Of a stretch of DNA of 64,000 nucleotides, positions 14,465 to 27,464 are shown one piece after another (position 1 is the first letter of the stretch; each line of letters opens with the position of its first letter). This DNA is from Octopus sinensis (lineage: Eukaryota). The stretch covers positions 6,758,001-6,822,000 of the forward strand of contig NC_043012.1 in assembly GCF_006345805.1 (NCBI RefSeq). The letters run 5' to 3'. Position numbers and translations under genes: made by a program. The notes under the pieces are model-generated. The model had not been told where the DNA came from, did not search any database, and worked only from the letters and a program-made list of their open reading frames with translations.

Positions 14465-14945
14465 TTCCTTCTTTCTTTCTTTCCTTCCTTCTTTCCTTCT
14501 TTTATTCTTTCTTCCTTCTGTCTTTCTTTATTTCCTTCTTTCTTTCCATCCTTCCTTCCGTTCCTTCACCTTCCTCGTCTTGTCTTCTTCCTCCATTTCT
14601 TTCTTCTTCCTTTTCCTCTTCCTTCTTTCCTCTTTCCTGCTTTCCTCTTTCTTTCCTTTCATTCCTTCTCTAGCCTCCTCTTGTCTTCTTCCTCCATTTC
14701 TTTCTTTCTTTCCTTTCCATCTTTAGGAACCTTTCCAAGTTGTTGCAAGGTTACCATATATATATATATCTTTCTTTCCTTACATTCCTTCTCTCTCCTC
14801 TTCTTGTCTTCTTATTCCATTTCTTTCTTTCTTTTTCTTCCCTCCTTCCTTCCTTCTTCCATTTCTCACTTTCGTGCTTTTTCCCTTTCTTTCTTTGTTC
14901 CCCCCCCCCATTATTTTTCCTTTGCTTTGTTTCCTTCCTTCCTCT
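14465..14945. repeat. CT-rich low-complexity tract
   Basis: Polypyrimidine composition. Confidence 0.85.
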
Positions 14946-15384
14946 AGGTCATCATCATTTTACCCCTGCTTTCCATTCTCTGCCGACATGGACAGAAAGA
15001 CTCTTTTGCCATCCTTGCATAAATTTGACGAAAGTATGGTTGGGACAGAATTTCCTATGGCTAGATACCCTTCCCATTTATATTAACCTCTAGATGTTTT
15101 CAACAGAGATAATAACACTCAATCTATCAAACAACAAACAACCCAGACTGGAGCAACGTGAAATAAAGTGTCTTGCTCAAGAACACAACACAGTCTGGTA
15201 CAGGAATTGAACTCACTACCTTGATATTGTGAGCCTGACGCTCTAACCACTGAGCCATGTGCCTTCACATGCATAAAAGAATATGAAATTAGTGGAAGTT
15301 TTTTTACTTACACATTTTGTGGCCAAATCTTCCTTTCTGAGGCTAGAATTAAATTTCACATAAGAGCACTCAATAGAGCACATA

Positions 15385-15608
15385 TGAGGTGGGTGCTGAA
15401 AAGTTCTTGGCTCTAAGGGCATTATGAAGGACCAGGTTGAGGCCCAACCTTCCAAGTTCTTTTACAGGGCTTAGAAAAACTGAAAGATCTCTGCAATAAA
15501 TGTGTGAATCTGAGTGTGGGGGGGGAGATATGTTGAATAGAATCATAATTTACTGATCTCCCTTTATTTTCTTTTACCCAAAACCAGAAAACTTTCAGCA
15601 ACCCCTTG
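15385..15608 (+). mobile_element. Short mariner-derived MITE (~225 bp)
   Basis: TIR-like ends TA|TGAGGTGGGTGCTGAAAAGTTCTTGG and CCAGAAAACTTTCAGCAACCCCTTG; interior resembles a transposase C-terminus (FFTGLRK..CNKCVNL..GRYVE*). Confidence 0.65.
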
Positions 15609-15872
15609 CATGCCATAGGATTTGAAAATCTCAAGCGGGCCTGAAGAAACATTTCAAAATTCAATAAGATCAGACACTATAGGCAGTATAAGCTGCACCA
15701 AAGCTAGCATGGAATTTATGTGGATGTCTTTTTAAAAGAGTGTCTTGTCTAAAAAGCCACATGAGATCTCATGTCAGTCAGGTCTGAACATGGTGGAGAC
15801 TGAGGTAGTGAAGTTTTGTATTGAGCAGACAACTGTCATATGATATACATACATACATACGTACATACATAC

Positions 15873-15914
<42 letters not shown>

Positions 15915-16637
15915 CTGTAGAAAGTCTGAAGCCTGGTGCAACCATCTGGTTCGCCAGCCCTCAGTCAAAATCGTCCAACCCATGCTAGCATGGAAAGTGG
16001 ACGTTAAACGAATGTTAAATGATATATATATATATATATATATATATCATGTTTTACTTGTTTCAATCATTTGACTGCAGCCATGCTGGTGTGTTTGTGT
16101 GTGTGTGGTGGTGGGGGGCATTGCCTCGACGGGTTTTAGTCAAACAAATCAACCCCGGAACTTATTCTATTAATCTCTTTTGCAGAACTGCTAAGTTACA
16201 GGGAAATAGGCACACCAACATTGGTTGTCTAGCAGTGGAGGGGGATAAACACAGACACAAAGACACACTATATATATACATATATATATACATATATATA
16301 TACATATGTATAAATAAATATATATATATAAATATATATATATTGATATTTTTGTCAAATAGTTCAGAAGGTATGTTAATCTGATGAAGCATCATTACAT
16401 ATTCAGACGGATTCAATTATTCTTGAAAAACTTGGTTTATGTATGAAGCGGAAACAGCTGTGATTTAAGAGATGTGTCATTTGTTTGTATAAAATATTGA
16501 AATTGAATTGAATATATAATTGTTTAATTTATTGTTTTGTTTTGTTTTTCCATTTCTGATTTATATTTATACATCAATAAAGTGTATGTTTATTTTATTT
16601 ACCTATAGAAGTAACTTTGTTATTGATTGTGTGTGTC

Positions 16638-17336
16638 ACCCCCTTCGATCATGAATGACCATGGGATTGCACCTAGAAAGTTACCCTCCGAGGCACAAGT
16701 CTTGGCAAGGTTGTTTAGTGAAGATCAGCAGTCGCCCATGCATACCAGCCTCCCCTCTCCACGCCACCGATGTTATCCAAGGGAAAGGCAAAGGCTGACA
16801 CAGCTTGGCACCAGTGACATCACAGCTCATTTATTAACATGCAAGTGGCTGAGCACTCCATAGACACGTGTATCCTTAACGTAGTTCTCAGGGAGATTCA
16901 GCGTGACACAGAATGTGACAAGGCTGGCCCTTTTAGTTAGTTAGTTAATTTTTGGGGCTCAAAAAGCAAAAAGCAAGGCCATGTAGGGGGACATAGAGTT
17001 ATGTACAGGGTGGTGTTCATGTAAAGACTTCAGGCCACTTGAGGTCAAGGGAGACTTTGAACAAAGCAGTCGTCGGCATCTTCACCATCTCGTCTGGCAG
17101 CTTGTTCCACGGATCCGCAACCCGGACGGAGAAAGCCCCTCTTTTAAATACAGGTACAACAGAAACAGGAAGAAAGAGTGAAAGAAGTTGTGGTGAAAGA
17201 GTACAGCAGGGTTCACCACCACTCACTGCCAGGGCCTTGTGGAGCTTTAGGTGTTTTTGATCAATAAACACTCAATGCCTGGTCTGGGAATCGAAACTGC
17301 AGTTCTGCAACTGCGAGTCCGCTGCCCTAACCACTG
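16638..17336 (-). mobile_element. SINE family D2 interrupted by a CR1 3' fragment
   Basis: Collinear with the 8045-8530 copy on both sides of the insertion. Confidence 0.85.
16935..17145 (-). mobile_element. 5'-truncated CR1/L2-clade LINE 3' end with (TAAC)n tail
   Basis: Minus frame KRGAFSVRVADPWNKLPDEMVKMPTTALFKVSLDLKWPEVFT* matches the CR1 ORF2 C-terminus pattern (FFS.RV...WN.LP..VV.A.S...FK..LD); CTTTT at both junctions (16930-34, 17141-45). Confidence 0.85.
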
Positions 17337-18222
17337 TTATTGATACAAGTAATATAAACCAGTAAATTCTTCGGATATTTAATATCCCTTAGGTGCATTT
17401 ACACCTAGATAAACTGTTATATATATCTATATCTATCTATATATATATATATATTATATATATATACAACAAGCTTTTTTCAGTTTCTGTCTACCAAATC
17501 CACTCACAAGTCTTTGGTTGGCTCAAGACTATAGTAGAAAACACTTGCTCAAGGTACCATGCAGTGAGACTGAACCCAGAATCATGTGGTTTGGAAGCAA
17601 GCTTCTTACCACACAGCCACACCTGCACACAACATCTTAGAATCCCCACTAATTTATGAGAAGGAATTTCAAATTCCAGCAGATTCCGGACTAGTTTACC
17701 AGAAAGCTTGTTTCACAGTCCCTTGCACACTACAATATCAATAAACTTGTATCAGTAACACTAATGTACAACAACCTGTATTTCATTGAATTAGTTAAGT
17801 AAATTTAATGTTTATTTAATTTAGAGATGATTGAAACCTGGTTTGGAAAAATCAGTAACGAATAATGCCTTTGAAACTAAAGGATTTGGAAAATTAATGT
17901 TGTACATGTGTGTGTGTGTGTGTGTATGAAATTAAAATGAGGTAAAAAAGAAATTTAAATTGATGTTACAATCGTTTCAGTAAATAAACTACTGTTTTTT
18001 TCTTCTTTTTATTCCATGCCACATATATAGATGTGTAATATATACAATGAATGTAACGTGTGCAATAAAATAAAATAAAATTATCATTATTATTGTTTGT
18101 TCACCTCATCAGACGTTGTTATTCCAAACACAATCAACTTAAAAAATAAATATGTGAAGCAATATAGATTTACAACACTTCATGGGTGTGTTTAACTCCA
18201 TTCAGATAGACAAATGTATGTC

Positions 18223-18279
<57 letters not shown>

Positions 18280-18568
18280 CTTATTTCAGTTTGTGGCTAC
18301 CAAGTCCACTAACCTGGGTCTGATTGGCTCAAGGCTACAGCAGATGCTTACCCAAGGTGCCATTTAGAGGGCCTGAGCTCAAAACCATATAGTTGGAAAG
18401 AAAACATTTTAGTAACACTGCCATGCCTGCACCTATATATATATATGGTGGTGCCCCAGCATGGCTGCAGTCTAATGACTGAAAGAAGTAAAAGATAAAG
18501 ATAAAAGATAAAAAAAATTATATATATAAATAGATATATATAAATATATATATACATATATATATATA

Positions 18569-19085
18569 CTAGCAGTATTGCCCAGCGTTGCTCGGGTTTG
18601 TAAGGGAAATAACTATATAAGCATTTTTAGAGAGTTACTTCCCTTATAGATGCCAATTCGGACTTTCTTAGCCATTTCTGTTTTGGTGTCTTCAAGCCAT
18701 GAAGTCGTTGTTCTAAAAGAACGCTGGTCTCCTTGACAACGCTTTACGACGTTGATTTCCTTACACTTCCTTCCCCACAGCTTCACGAGGGAGGGAAGAA
18801 GGGGGAGAAGCAAACACAGGTGCAGGTGTTTGAGCGTGGACGCCAACTCCGCCGCCATCGACACACGAAAAATTATGCATTAAAATGGAATAAAAAATTA
18901 TGTTAAATTATTTTTAAAATCGTAGACTCATCGTAGACGCGCGCTAATAGCCAGACGGGCTCGATATGAATCACGACTATAAGATACCCGAATTTGGTTA
19001 AACTGCACCGCAAAATGTGGGAGTAGTTAGGAATCTAAATCGAAGGGGACAGACACTCACACAACTACAGTTTTATATATATAGA
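18569..19085 (-). mobile_element. Non-autonomous Helitron with an extra ~220-bp internal segment
   Basis: A|TCTATATATATAAAA start, CTAG|T end, subterminal hairpin CCCGAGCAACGCTGGG; sister copy at 27791. Confidence 0.88.
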
Positions 19086-19949
19086 TATATACATATATAT
19101 ATGATGTGTATATATGCATAAATGTATGTGTGTGTGTGTGTGTGCCATAAAATGTCGTGCCAGACAGATGAATGCATTAATTTTTATATAACTTCATCAA
19201 CTTTTGTTTCTTCATTTTTTTTTTATTATTTTAATATTTGTTTTTGCAATTAAAAAACTGTGTAGCAATAATTAGATGAAGAGATACGTCAATCACGAGA
19301 TGACATATGAATGAACACACACAGACACATACACACACACACACTCCCAAACATACCTTACAGCACACACACATACACACACACACACACACTCCCATGT
19401 ACACAGACGCAGAATCGCATGACATATTAAGACACTCAACCAACAGCAGAGGTTCATAGACGCCATATATGCGTCCCTTCTCAAAAGCACATCTCACTCA
19501 TATAATTGAAACAACACATATACATACACACTTTTACACAAACATACGCTTATACACACACAGACACACACACACACACACACACATAACACCTATGAAA
19601 TTGAAACAAATCACTCATACATACACAAACCTATAATACACATAGGTAACACAGACACAAATGACACACTCACACATACACACACAAATTGCTTGCTTAT
19701 AACACAATTCATGCACATACACACATACGCATGCACACACCCGCACAAACATGCACACACATACACATCCACACATAGAACACGTGAAGAAACATGAGAA
19801 CTTGTACATGGTTGCTGGAGCTATTTGAAATGGTAGTCAAATCCACCCTCCAGTTCAGTGGTTCCCAACCTTTTCACACTAGTGGGTCCCAACCCTTTTA
19901 TTTAAATGAATTTTCCCATGTATCCCTTTTAATATGCTTATCCTTATAA

Positions 19950-20163
19950 GGCAGCAAACTCGCAGAAGCGTTAGCACGCCGGGCGAAATGTTTAGCAGTA
20001 TTTCGTCTGTCTTTACGTTCTGAGTTCAAATTCTGCTTAGGTTGACTTTGCCATTCATCTTTTTGGGGTCGATAAATTAAGTACCAGTTGCGTACTGGGG
20101 CCGATCTAATAGACTGGCCCCCTCCCAAAAAATTTGGGGCCTTGTGCCTAGCGTAGAAAAGAT
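19950..20163 (+). mobile_element. tRNA-derived SINE, family B (GGCCCCCTCCC tail variant)
   Basis: A-box-like TGGCAGAATCG consensus, B-box GAGTTCAAATT; more than 10 copies in the window. Confidence 0.88.
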
Positions 20164-20171
20164 GCTTAAAC

Positions 20172-20259
<88 letters not shown>

Positions 20260-21099
20260 AATGAATGTTTTTATATATAATGAACGTGAAATACAGGAAG
20301 GGACGAACACGGAACACAGACAAATCATTCGAAGCCTTCAATCTTCAGTCAGACACCGAATCATCATAACAAATTCGGCTGTTCAATTCTGATATTTGCT
20401 CCAACTCGGCCAGCCCCAAGAAAAAAAACTAAGCTGTAAGCATTAGATTTCTTGGTAGAAGACAGGAATGTGAACGCACAAGACGGATGTGAATACAAGA
20501 GACGAAAACGAAATTGAAAACAGTAATGAATAAACAAAATATATATAACGGTGGTTGTCATACGACTTTAGACCAAATGAGACAAAACAACAACAACATA
20601 GCAGCTGGCGTAGAAATAATTACCGTTTCGGTAGCGGGGACACATGTTGGTCGAGATACGAAGGCCAACAGAATGGTTGAAGAAGCAGCAGGTCGCAGGA
20701 GAGAGAGACAGAGAGAGAGGGAATCAAAGAGGGTGGAAGGCAGGGGACAGAATCAGTGACCAAGAGAGAAGGAGAAAGAAGGGATTAAGGAGGATGGGAG
20801 GAAGAGGGGAGGAGGATGGGTGGTTAAAATAGCCTCATTAAGGGATAAAAATCCAATGAATTACTGGTTTATTGCCTGTTATTTTTTGTGTGAATAGTAA
20901 TATTTCTAAAATGATAGGTCTAAATATGGTTTATAAATAATTAAAATTAGAATTCAGAAAATGGAGATATTGCATTATTATAATGTATTAACTGCAAAAA
21001 TCCAACATATTTTCTTACAGCTGTTTCGATTTTTACTCAAAGGCCAGCAATTTCGCGGGAAACATAACACATAATAACTTAACGGCATGTCTTTTCTAC

Positions 21100-21182
21100 T
21101 CCTCTGATGAGATTTTGCCCAAAACAATGATTTAATTATTGGAATTTAATCCTTTTGGGCAAAACTGAAACAGCTCTAAGAG
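21100..21182 (+). ncRNA. Degenerate minimal type I hammerhead motif (PLE-like)
   Basis: CTGATGA (21104-10), 12-bp stem II TTTTGCCCAAAA/TTTTGGGCAAAA, GAAA, CAGCTC, TA, AGAG. Confidence 0.6.
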
Positions 21183-21267
21183 AATATGTTGGATTTTTGC
21201 AATGAATAAATTATACTAATGCTACATCTCCCTTTTGTTAATTTATATTTGAATATTCATAAACCAA

Positions 21268-21314
<47 letters not shown>

Positions 21315-21347
21315 CATACATAAATATGTATGCATGCATACATTGAA

Positions 21348-21578
21348 GGCGGTGAGCTGGCAGAAATGTTAGCACGCCGGGCGAAATGTGTAGCCGTATT
21401 TCGTCTGTCGTTACGTTCTGAGTTCAAATTCCGCCGAGGTCGACTTTGCCTTTCATCCTTTCGGGGTCGATAAATAAAGTGCCAGTTACGCACTGGGGTC
21501 GATGTAATCGACTTAATCCCTTTGTCTGTCCTTGTTTGTCCCCTCTATGTTTAGCCCCTTGTGGGCAGTAAAGAAATA
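21348..21578 (+). mobile_element. SINE family B (TTAATCCC...AAAGAAATA tail variant)
   Basis: Homologous to the 40611 copy. Confidence 0.9.
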
Positions 21579-22333
21579 TATATGTATGCATGCATGTATG
21601 TATGAAATTTTGAATTTAGTTCACGGACCTCTAGTACTACTTTTGCGGGTCACCAGGGGTCCGCAACCCCCAGGTTGAGAACCACAGCTTCAATTACTCA
21701 GCATCGGTGTGTTGTACTAAAGGCGTATACATCCTTGTGTTGTTGTTGTTGGTGGTGGTGGTTCATTATTTCAAAAGCTACAACTATGAATTTGTTTCAT
21801 CTGGTTGCTACTGGTTGCTAATGGTTACGGCCACATGGTGTGACAGTGACCCCCCCTCTCTCATAACATGTAACTAATGTTTATTTATTTGTGCATTTTC
21901 TGCACAAATGCAACACAATAATCTACATAAGCTTTTAAAATTATATAATTTAATAGACATTCACTACTAATTGCTGTAATTTACTAAAATCTTACGTAGC
22001 ACTAATTTGCTAATTGCAATTTACAAAACAGTTTCATAGCTGTAATTTACACATTTCGAAGTAGTCAATTATCGATGTAATTAGTGATGAGGTAGATGAA
22101 AAAAAAAGAAAAGAAAAAGAAAAAGAAAAGAATGCAATGTATAGAGTACAAGTTTATCATCCCACAAGTTATGAGTTCAAATCCTTGGTAGAATCTTCAG
22201 TTAGTCTGGCTGCCTGGAATAAGGACCAAAATTATCTGAGAATAATTTAGCATTAAGGCGTGAGAATAGAGACCCTCACAGGCCGAGTTGTTCTGTCAGT
22301 AATCAAGGTTCACTGTGACTATGTATCGTTTAT

Positions 22334-22720
22334 CTTTTGCTTGTTTCAGTCATTAGACTGCGGCCATGCTGGGGCACCACATTGAAAACTTTTTAGACGA
22401 ATGACTCGCCCCCCCCTGTACTTACTGTTTTTTAAAGCCTGGTACTTATTCTATCAGTCTCTTTTGCTGAACCACTAAGTTACTGGGATGTAAACGCACC
22501 AACATCGGTTGTCACGTGGTAGTGGAGTACAAACACAGACACACACACATATACATATATATATGCGTGTGTGTATAAATATACGATGGGCTTCTTTCAG
22601 TTTCCCTCTACCAGACCCACTAACAAGGCTTGGGTCGGCCTGATGCTACAGTAGAAGTCACTTGCCCAAGGTGTCACTCAGTGGGTCTGAACCCGGAACT
22701 ATTTGGTTGGGAAGTAAGGG
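22334..22720 (-). mobile_element. SINE family A, near full length
   Basis: Homology to the 7334 and 11695 copies. Confidence 0.85.
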
Positions 22721-22776
22721 ACTCTCCAGTACTTTGCTTGAAGGCCTAAGGTGTTCCTGGACATCCTGTCTTGGTA

Positions 22777-22921
22777 GTACATTATTTACATTTGACGGAT
22801 ATTTGTCCTCATCTTCTTTGTTGTTAACACGTTTCGGCTAATATACCCTCCAGCTTTCATCAGGTGTCTTGGGGAAATTTCGAACCTGGGTTCTCATTCC
22901 AAAGATATTTTTCGATGTTGC

Positions 22922-22966
<45 letters not shown>

Positions 22967-23240
22967 TACTACTACTATTATCATTCAGGTCACTGCCTGG
23001 AATCGAACTCGGAATCTTGGTGTTAGTAGCCTGTGGTCTTAACCACTACGCCATAATAATAATAACATCGAAAAGTACCTTAGGAATGAGGATCCAGGTT
23101 CGAAATTTCCCCAAGACACCTGATGAAGGCTGGAGGGTATATCAGCCAAAAGGTTGTGTTAACAACAAACAAGATGAGGACAAATATCCGTCAAATGTAA
23201 ATAATGTATATAATTCCTCATCTCTTAAATATAGAACTGT
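22777..23240. mobile_element. Family E element: tRNA head + hammerhead motif, divergent inverted pair
   Basis: Left arm on minus with head at 22985-23055 (TGGCGTAGTGG A-box, GAGTTCGATTCC B-box); right arm a headless plus copy; each arm has CTGATGAA(G/A)GCTG...(C/T)AGCC(G/A)AAA. Confidence 0.85.
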
Positions 23241-24236
23241 ACTGTCATGGTAGGTTTGGTTATTTCTAATCTAAAACCATGCAAAAGAAAAAAAAATGAA
23301 GAAAAAGAGCGATACATTGGCAGGGTCGTTAGAGTCGGGTACAATAATTTTCGCTATTCCTTACTATTTCTGTTCAAATCCAATTGAGATCGACTATGAC
23401 TTTCATTTATTTGGGAATCTATAAAATACTGGTTACATATCGAGGGCATTCTCCTCCCTTTCACTCCCCACTCTCTCTCAGAATCGGCAACGATGTAGGA
23501 GGCAAAGACTGGGAGTTCACATCGCAGTATCACCAATCTTTGCAGCACTGCTCTGTGGATCCTTTTAGAAAAAGAAAAAAAAAACGTGATGAAGTTAAAC
23601 CTAACACTGAAGCTGGTTGTTCAAAACACTGTCAACTCTGAAACAGCAAACTTATGAGCAAAGACGTTCCAACGGTGACCAACTTGTCTTTTGATAAGGC
23701 ATGGCGTATCAAGGACTGCATTTCTGAAATCATAGAGACTCGTTCCTTCGTTGTGCAGCACATTAGAAGACAAGGGAATATGTAAAAAAAAAACAAAATG
23801 ACATCCAGACATTGTGTGAGCCAACAAGTGAACCCTATATGGTCACTAGATCAGCTAAATATAGCAGCCAAATATTTCTTACAGTACACTATGCCGTCTT
23901 GAAAAGGGAGAAAAACAGTGGATAATGTAATACGAAATATCAATGCCCGGTGAGGGATAGGCTTGTCGATTCGGTCCAACTTATAAATTTATGCGTATAA
24001 TATACTGAGGGCTATCTATAAAGTTCACACACACACACACACACGCACGCACACACACACGTCTTGAAATGTATTAACCGAGGAAGGTCTTCTGTAAAAG
24101 CCTTATCCGGTTTGACATCATAATTTATAAGGCGGTGCTCCAGCATGGCTGCAGCCAAGTGACTGAAACAAGTAAAAGAATAGCTAGATAGATAGATGAG
24201 ACTGTGCACACACACATACAGATAGATACGTATATT

Positions 24237-24271
<35 letters not shown>

Positions 24272-24848
24272 ATATAGATATATAGATACGTATACACACA
24301 CACACATATATATATACACACATACATATATGTTCATATATATATATATACATAAATGTATACACATACATACATGTATATATATACAGTGGGGCATGTA
24401 CTTTTAATAAAATATGGTGTCAATGAAAAGCAGGAAATGTCAAAAGAAAGCCAGTCTATTATGACAAAGTGAGTTTCGTGAATAATACGTGTTTGTGTGT
24501 ATGTGTGGTACGTATGTGCTTCCATATGTGCGTGTGTGTGTGTGTGTGTGTGTACGTACGCGTGAACATCTGTGCGTGTGTGTATGCGTATGCATGTTTT
24601 ATTAGTGGTGGTGGGGGAGGAGCGAAAAAAAAGGTAAGAAGGATAACAAAATTGCAGTTATGTTGAAATAAAACTGTAACGTTATTAACCTTTTGATGTG
24701 TTCTGATGTTTTACATGGATTCAGCTGTCACGGTAGTAATAAACGTCTTTTCAATCTACGACAACACCTTTCGTGAAACCCAGATAACCATTCTCCGTGT
24801 GCGATGATTGTGTATGTATGCATGCATATATGAGTGTGTGCGCGTGTG

Positions 24849-24885
<37 letters not shown>

Positions 24886-25107
24886 ACATAACCTGTCTCT
24901 CACCTGCGAAGGAGGATAATATAATAAACTTACATAAACATACCCATACATACTTACCTACACAAGATTATATATATGCATATATAAGTCGTGTGTGAGT
25001 GTATATGAATGCATATATGTGTATGTATGTATTATGTATGTATGTACACATAATGTATATATAAACATATGTATATATACGTAAGTATACGAGCGTGTAT
25101 ATATGTG

Positions 25108-25158
<51 letters not shown>

Positions 25159-27048
25159 GTGTGTGTGTGTATATATATATGTGTATGTATGTATGTATGT
25201 GTGTATGTATGTAGTACTGTATATGTATGTATGTTTGTATGTATGTATGTATGTATGTATGTGTATATATATATTGTATATGTATATGAACATACACGCG
25301 GTGAGGGATGGGGAGAGGGAGGTGTGAATAGAAGAAACGGCTATCTTGTTTCTTAACACAAGATGTAATAACAATGAAATAAAAGGGACAAGTTGTTAAA
25401 CCTTTAAGGGAGCAGTCTGATCCAAAGACACACACACACACACATATATACACGCATACATTTCTATTCAATTCCTCCAACAAAATGCATTGACATACGT
25501 ACAAACAACACAGATGCACAGAGGAGGCTCATACACACAGATTCTACAAAATAACGGAATGAACGTAGACACATATACACACTTACATGCTTTCTCTGGA
25601 TCTCTCCCTTTCTCTCTCTCTCACACACACACACTCCTACCACCACCACTGCTATTCTTCGAGACTACTAAAGACAAGATTACAAACTCTGATACACACA
25701 CGCCTATCCTGACCCTCCACCCTTCAAATTCAGACAGACACATAATCAAAAAGCCCACCCGACAAAATTGCCGGGGCAAGAGGGCACACACACACACACA
25801 CATACACACACACACGCACGCACACACGCACGCCTATCCGGACCATCACCCTTCAAGCTCGCTGAGACACTACAAGTACACACACACACACACACACAGA
25901 GTTGAGTGGCCCACCCCGACAAAATTGCCGGGACAAGAGGGCACACACACACACACACACACATACACACACACACACCTATGCATTACCACCGACCCGA
26001 CCAAATTACTAGGGGTGGAGGATGGGAAACAAGGAGCTGCTGACAGCTGAAGACAGATCTATGTGATCCGACTTCCTGTCTCATGCTAACCAACGCATCA
26101 ATTTGCTTGATAATGTCAACTGCAATCCCTGTTAAAATTCACTTCGTGTTAGCTTCACATGTATGGTGACGCTTTTTGTCTTAACTTCCTTATAAGGGGC
26201 TGCTAATGTTGTTCTTCTTGTTATTACTTTTGTTGTTGTTTTGTGTAGAAATGTTCGAGGTGGTTCTTTCCTTCTCCACTTCTCTCTCTCTCTCTCTCTC
26301 TCCCTCTCTGTGTCGATATCTGTGTCTGTGTCTGTTTATGTGTATCACATACACTGTGTGTGCGTGTAAGTCCACGTTTATTTATGTATGTGTCCAAGTT
26401 TGTGTGTGTGTGTGTGTATGTGTTGAGGAGGGGGTACTATCTGTATCCATATATATGCATCATGTGTGTGTATATGTTTATGGGTATCAATCACTGTGAG
26501 TTAGCGAGTATGTGTGTGTGTGTTCATGCGAGCATGTGTGTGTTTGAGAGAGAGAGAAAGAGAGAGTGTGTGTGTGTATGTGTGCACGTTGTTTTGCAAT
26601 ATCTCATGTCTATAGATGTGCACATCATTCTGTGTCTGTGTCTATGTATGTGAATCTATGTGTGTCTGCGCGTCATGTGTGAGAATATTCGTGTGTATGT
26701 ACGCCTGTCTGTGTGTATTTGTATGTGCATCTTCATCTGTCTCTCATCATGCGTGTGTGAGCTTGAGTGTTTGCCTATTTCTGACCCCCAGTCCATATGT
26801 ATATGCTTCTATGTTACTTCTATACGCACGCACGTGCGTGCGTGTGTGTGTGTGTGTGTGTGTGTGCGTGTGTGTGTCTGTGTGTGTGCAAGTGAGTATA
26901 TGTCCTAACTCTTTGTCGATCGCGCGCGTGTTTGATTCCTGATCGTCAACGATGAGCTTTTTTCCTAAAGCTGACTTGTTTTGCTGTGTGTTCTAAATGT
27001 CTTTTTAGTTCAACTGTGCGGCACTTTGGACACGGCCTTGAAAAGTTT

Positions 27049-27464
27049 GGATCTTTTCGGTTTGAACGGCAGTTTTTAACATAATTTCTAGGTAACTAAA
27101 AAATTTTTAACTTCGTATACTGGTAGAATATGCTTCTAAAACATCTTTTTCTCTTGGCTTTATTGAGAAAATCCTATAGTTTGTAAGATATTTGTGAGTT
27201 TTTTTCTTCAATTTCTGCAATTTCAACCAATCAATGACGTCCATTGAGGTAAATAACATTCTGTGCCGTATGAATATGTCCCTCGTTTAAGAAACAGATT
27301 GGGTTTATTTACATTTTTGAAGAAAAAAGATACCCTTGCCCCCACCCCTAACCCTAACCCTAAAACAGATTGAAATGCAACAGATCAATACTAGGATCAT
27401 AATTATGGGTGGCAATTTCATATGACACCGCTAGAAAAAACTGCCGTTCAAACCGAAAGGATCC
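27049..27464 (+). mobile_element. MITE (~416 bp), TIR GGATCTTTTCGGTTTGAACGGCAGTTTTT, 8-bp TSD (Merlin- or MULE-like)
   Basis: TSD AAAAGTTT at 27041-48 and 27465-72; internal (TAACCC)2-3. Confidence 0.92.

Larger units (their letters stand above)
19856..21687. mobile_element. hAT (Charlie-like) MITE expanded by nested insertions
   Basis: Ends CAGTGGTTCCCAACC and GGTTGAGAACCACAG; flanking 8-mers CTCCAGTT / CTTCAATT (6/8 match). Confidence 0.72.

Noticed and set aside
17017-17271. 84-aa ORF as a gene
   Set aside because: Chimera of a SINE D2 body and a CR1 C-terminus.
20270-20830. Possible hammerhead or Penelope ORF end (GGCTG...CAGCCGAA; CCGAAACGGTA on minus)
   Set aside because: No CUGANGA in the right position and no convincing GIY-YIG peptide; left unclassified.
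27345-27363. TAACCC repeats as telomeric or interstitial telomere sequence
   Set aside because: Only 2-3 units, and they are internal to a MITE.
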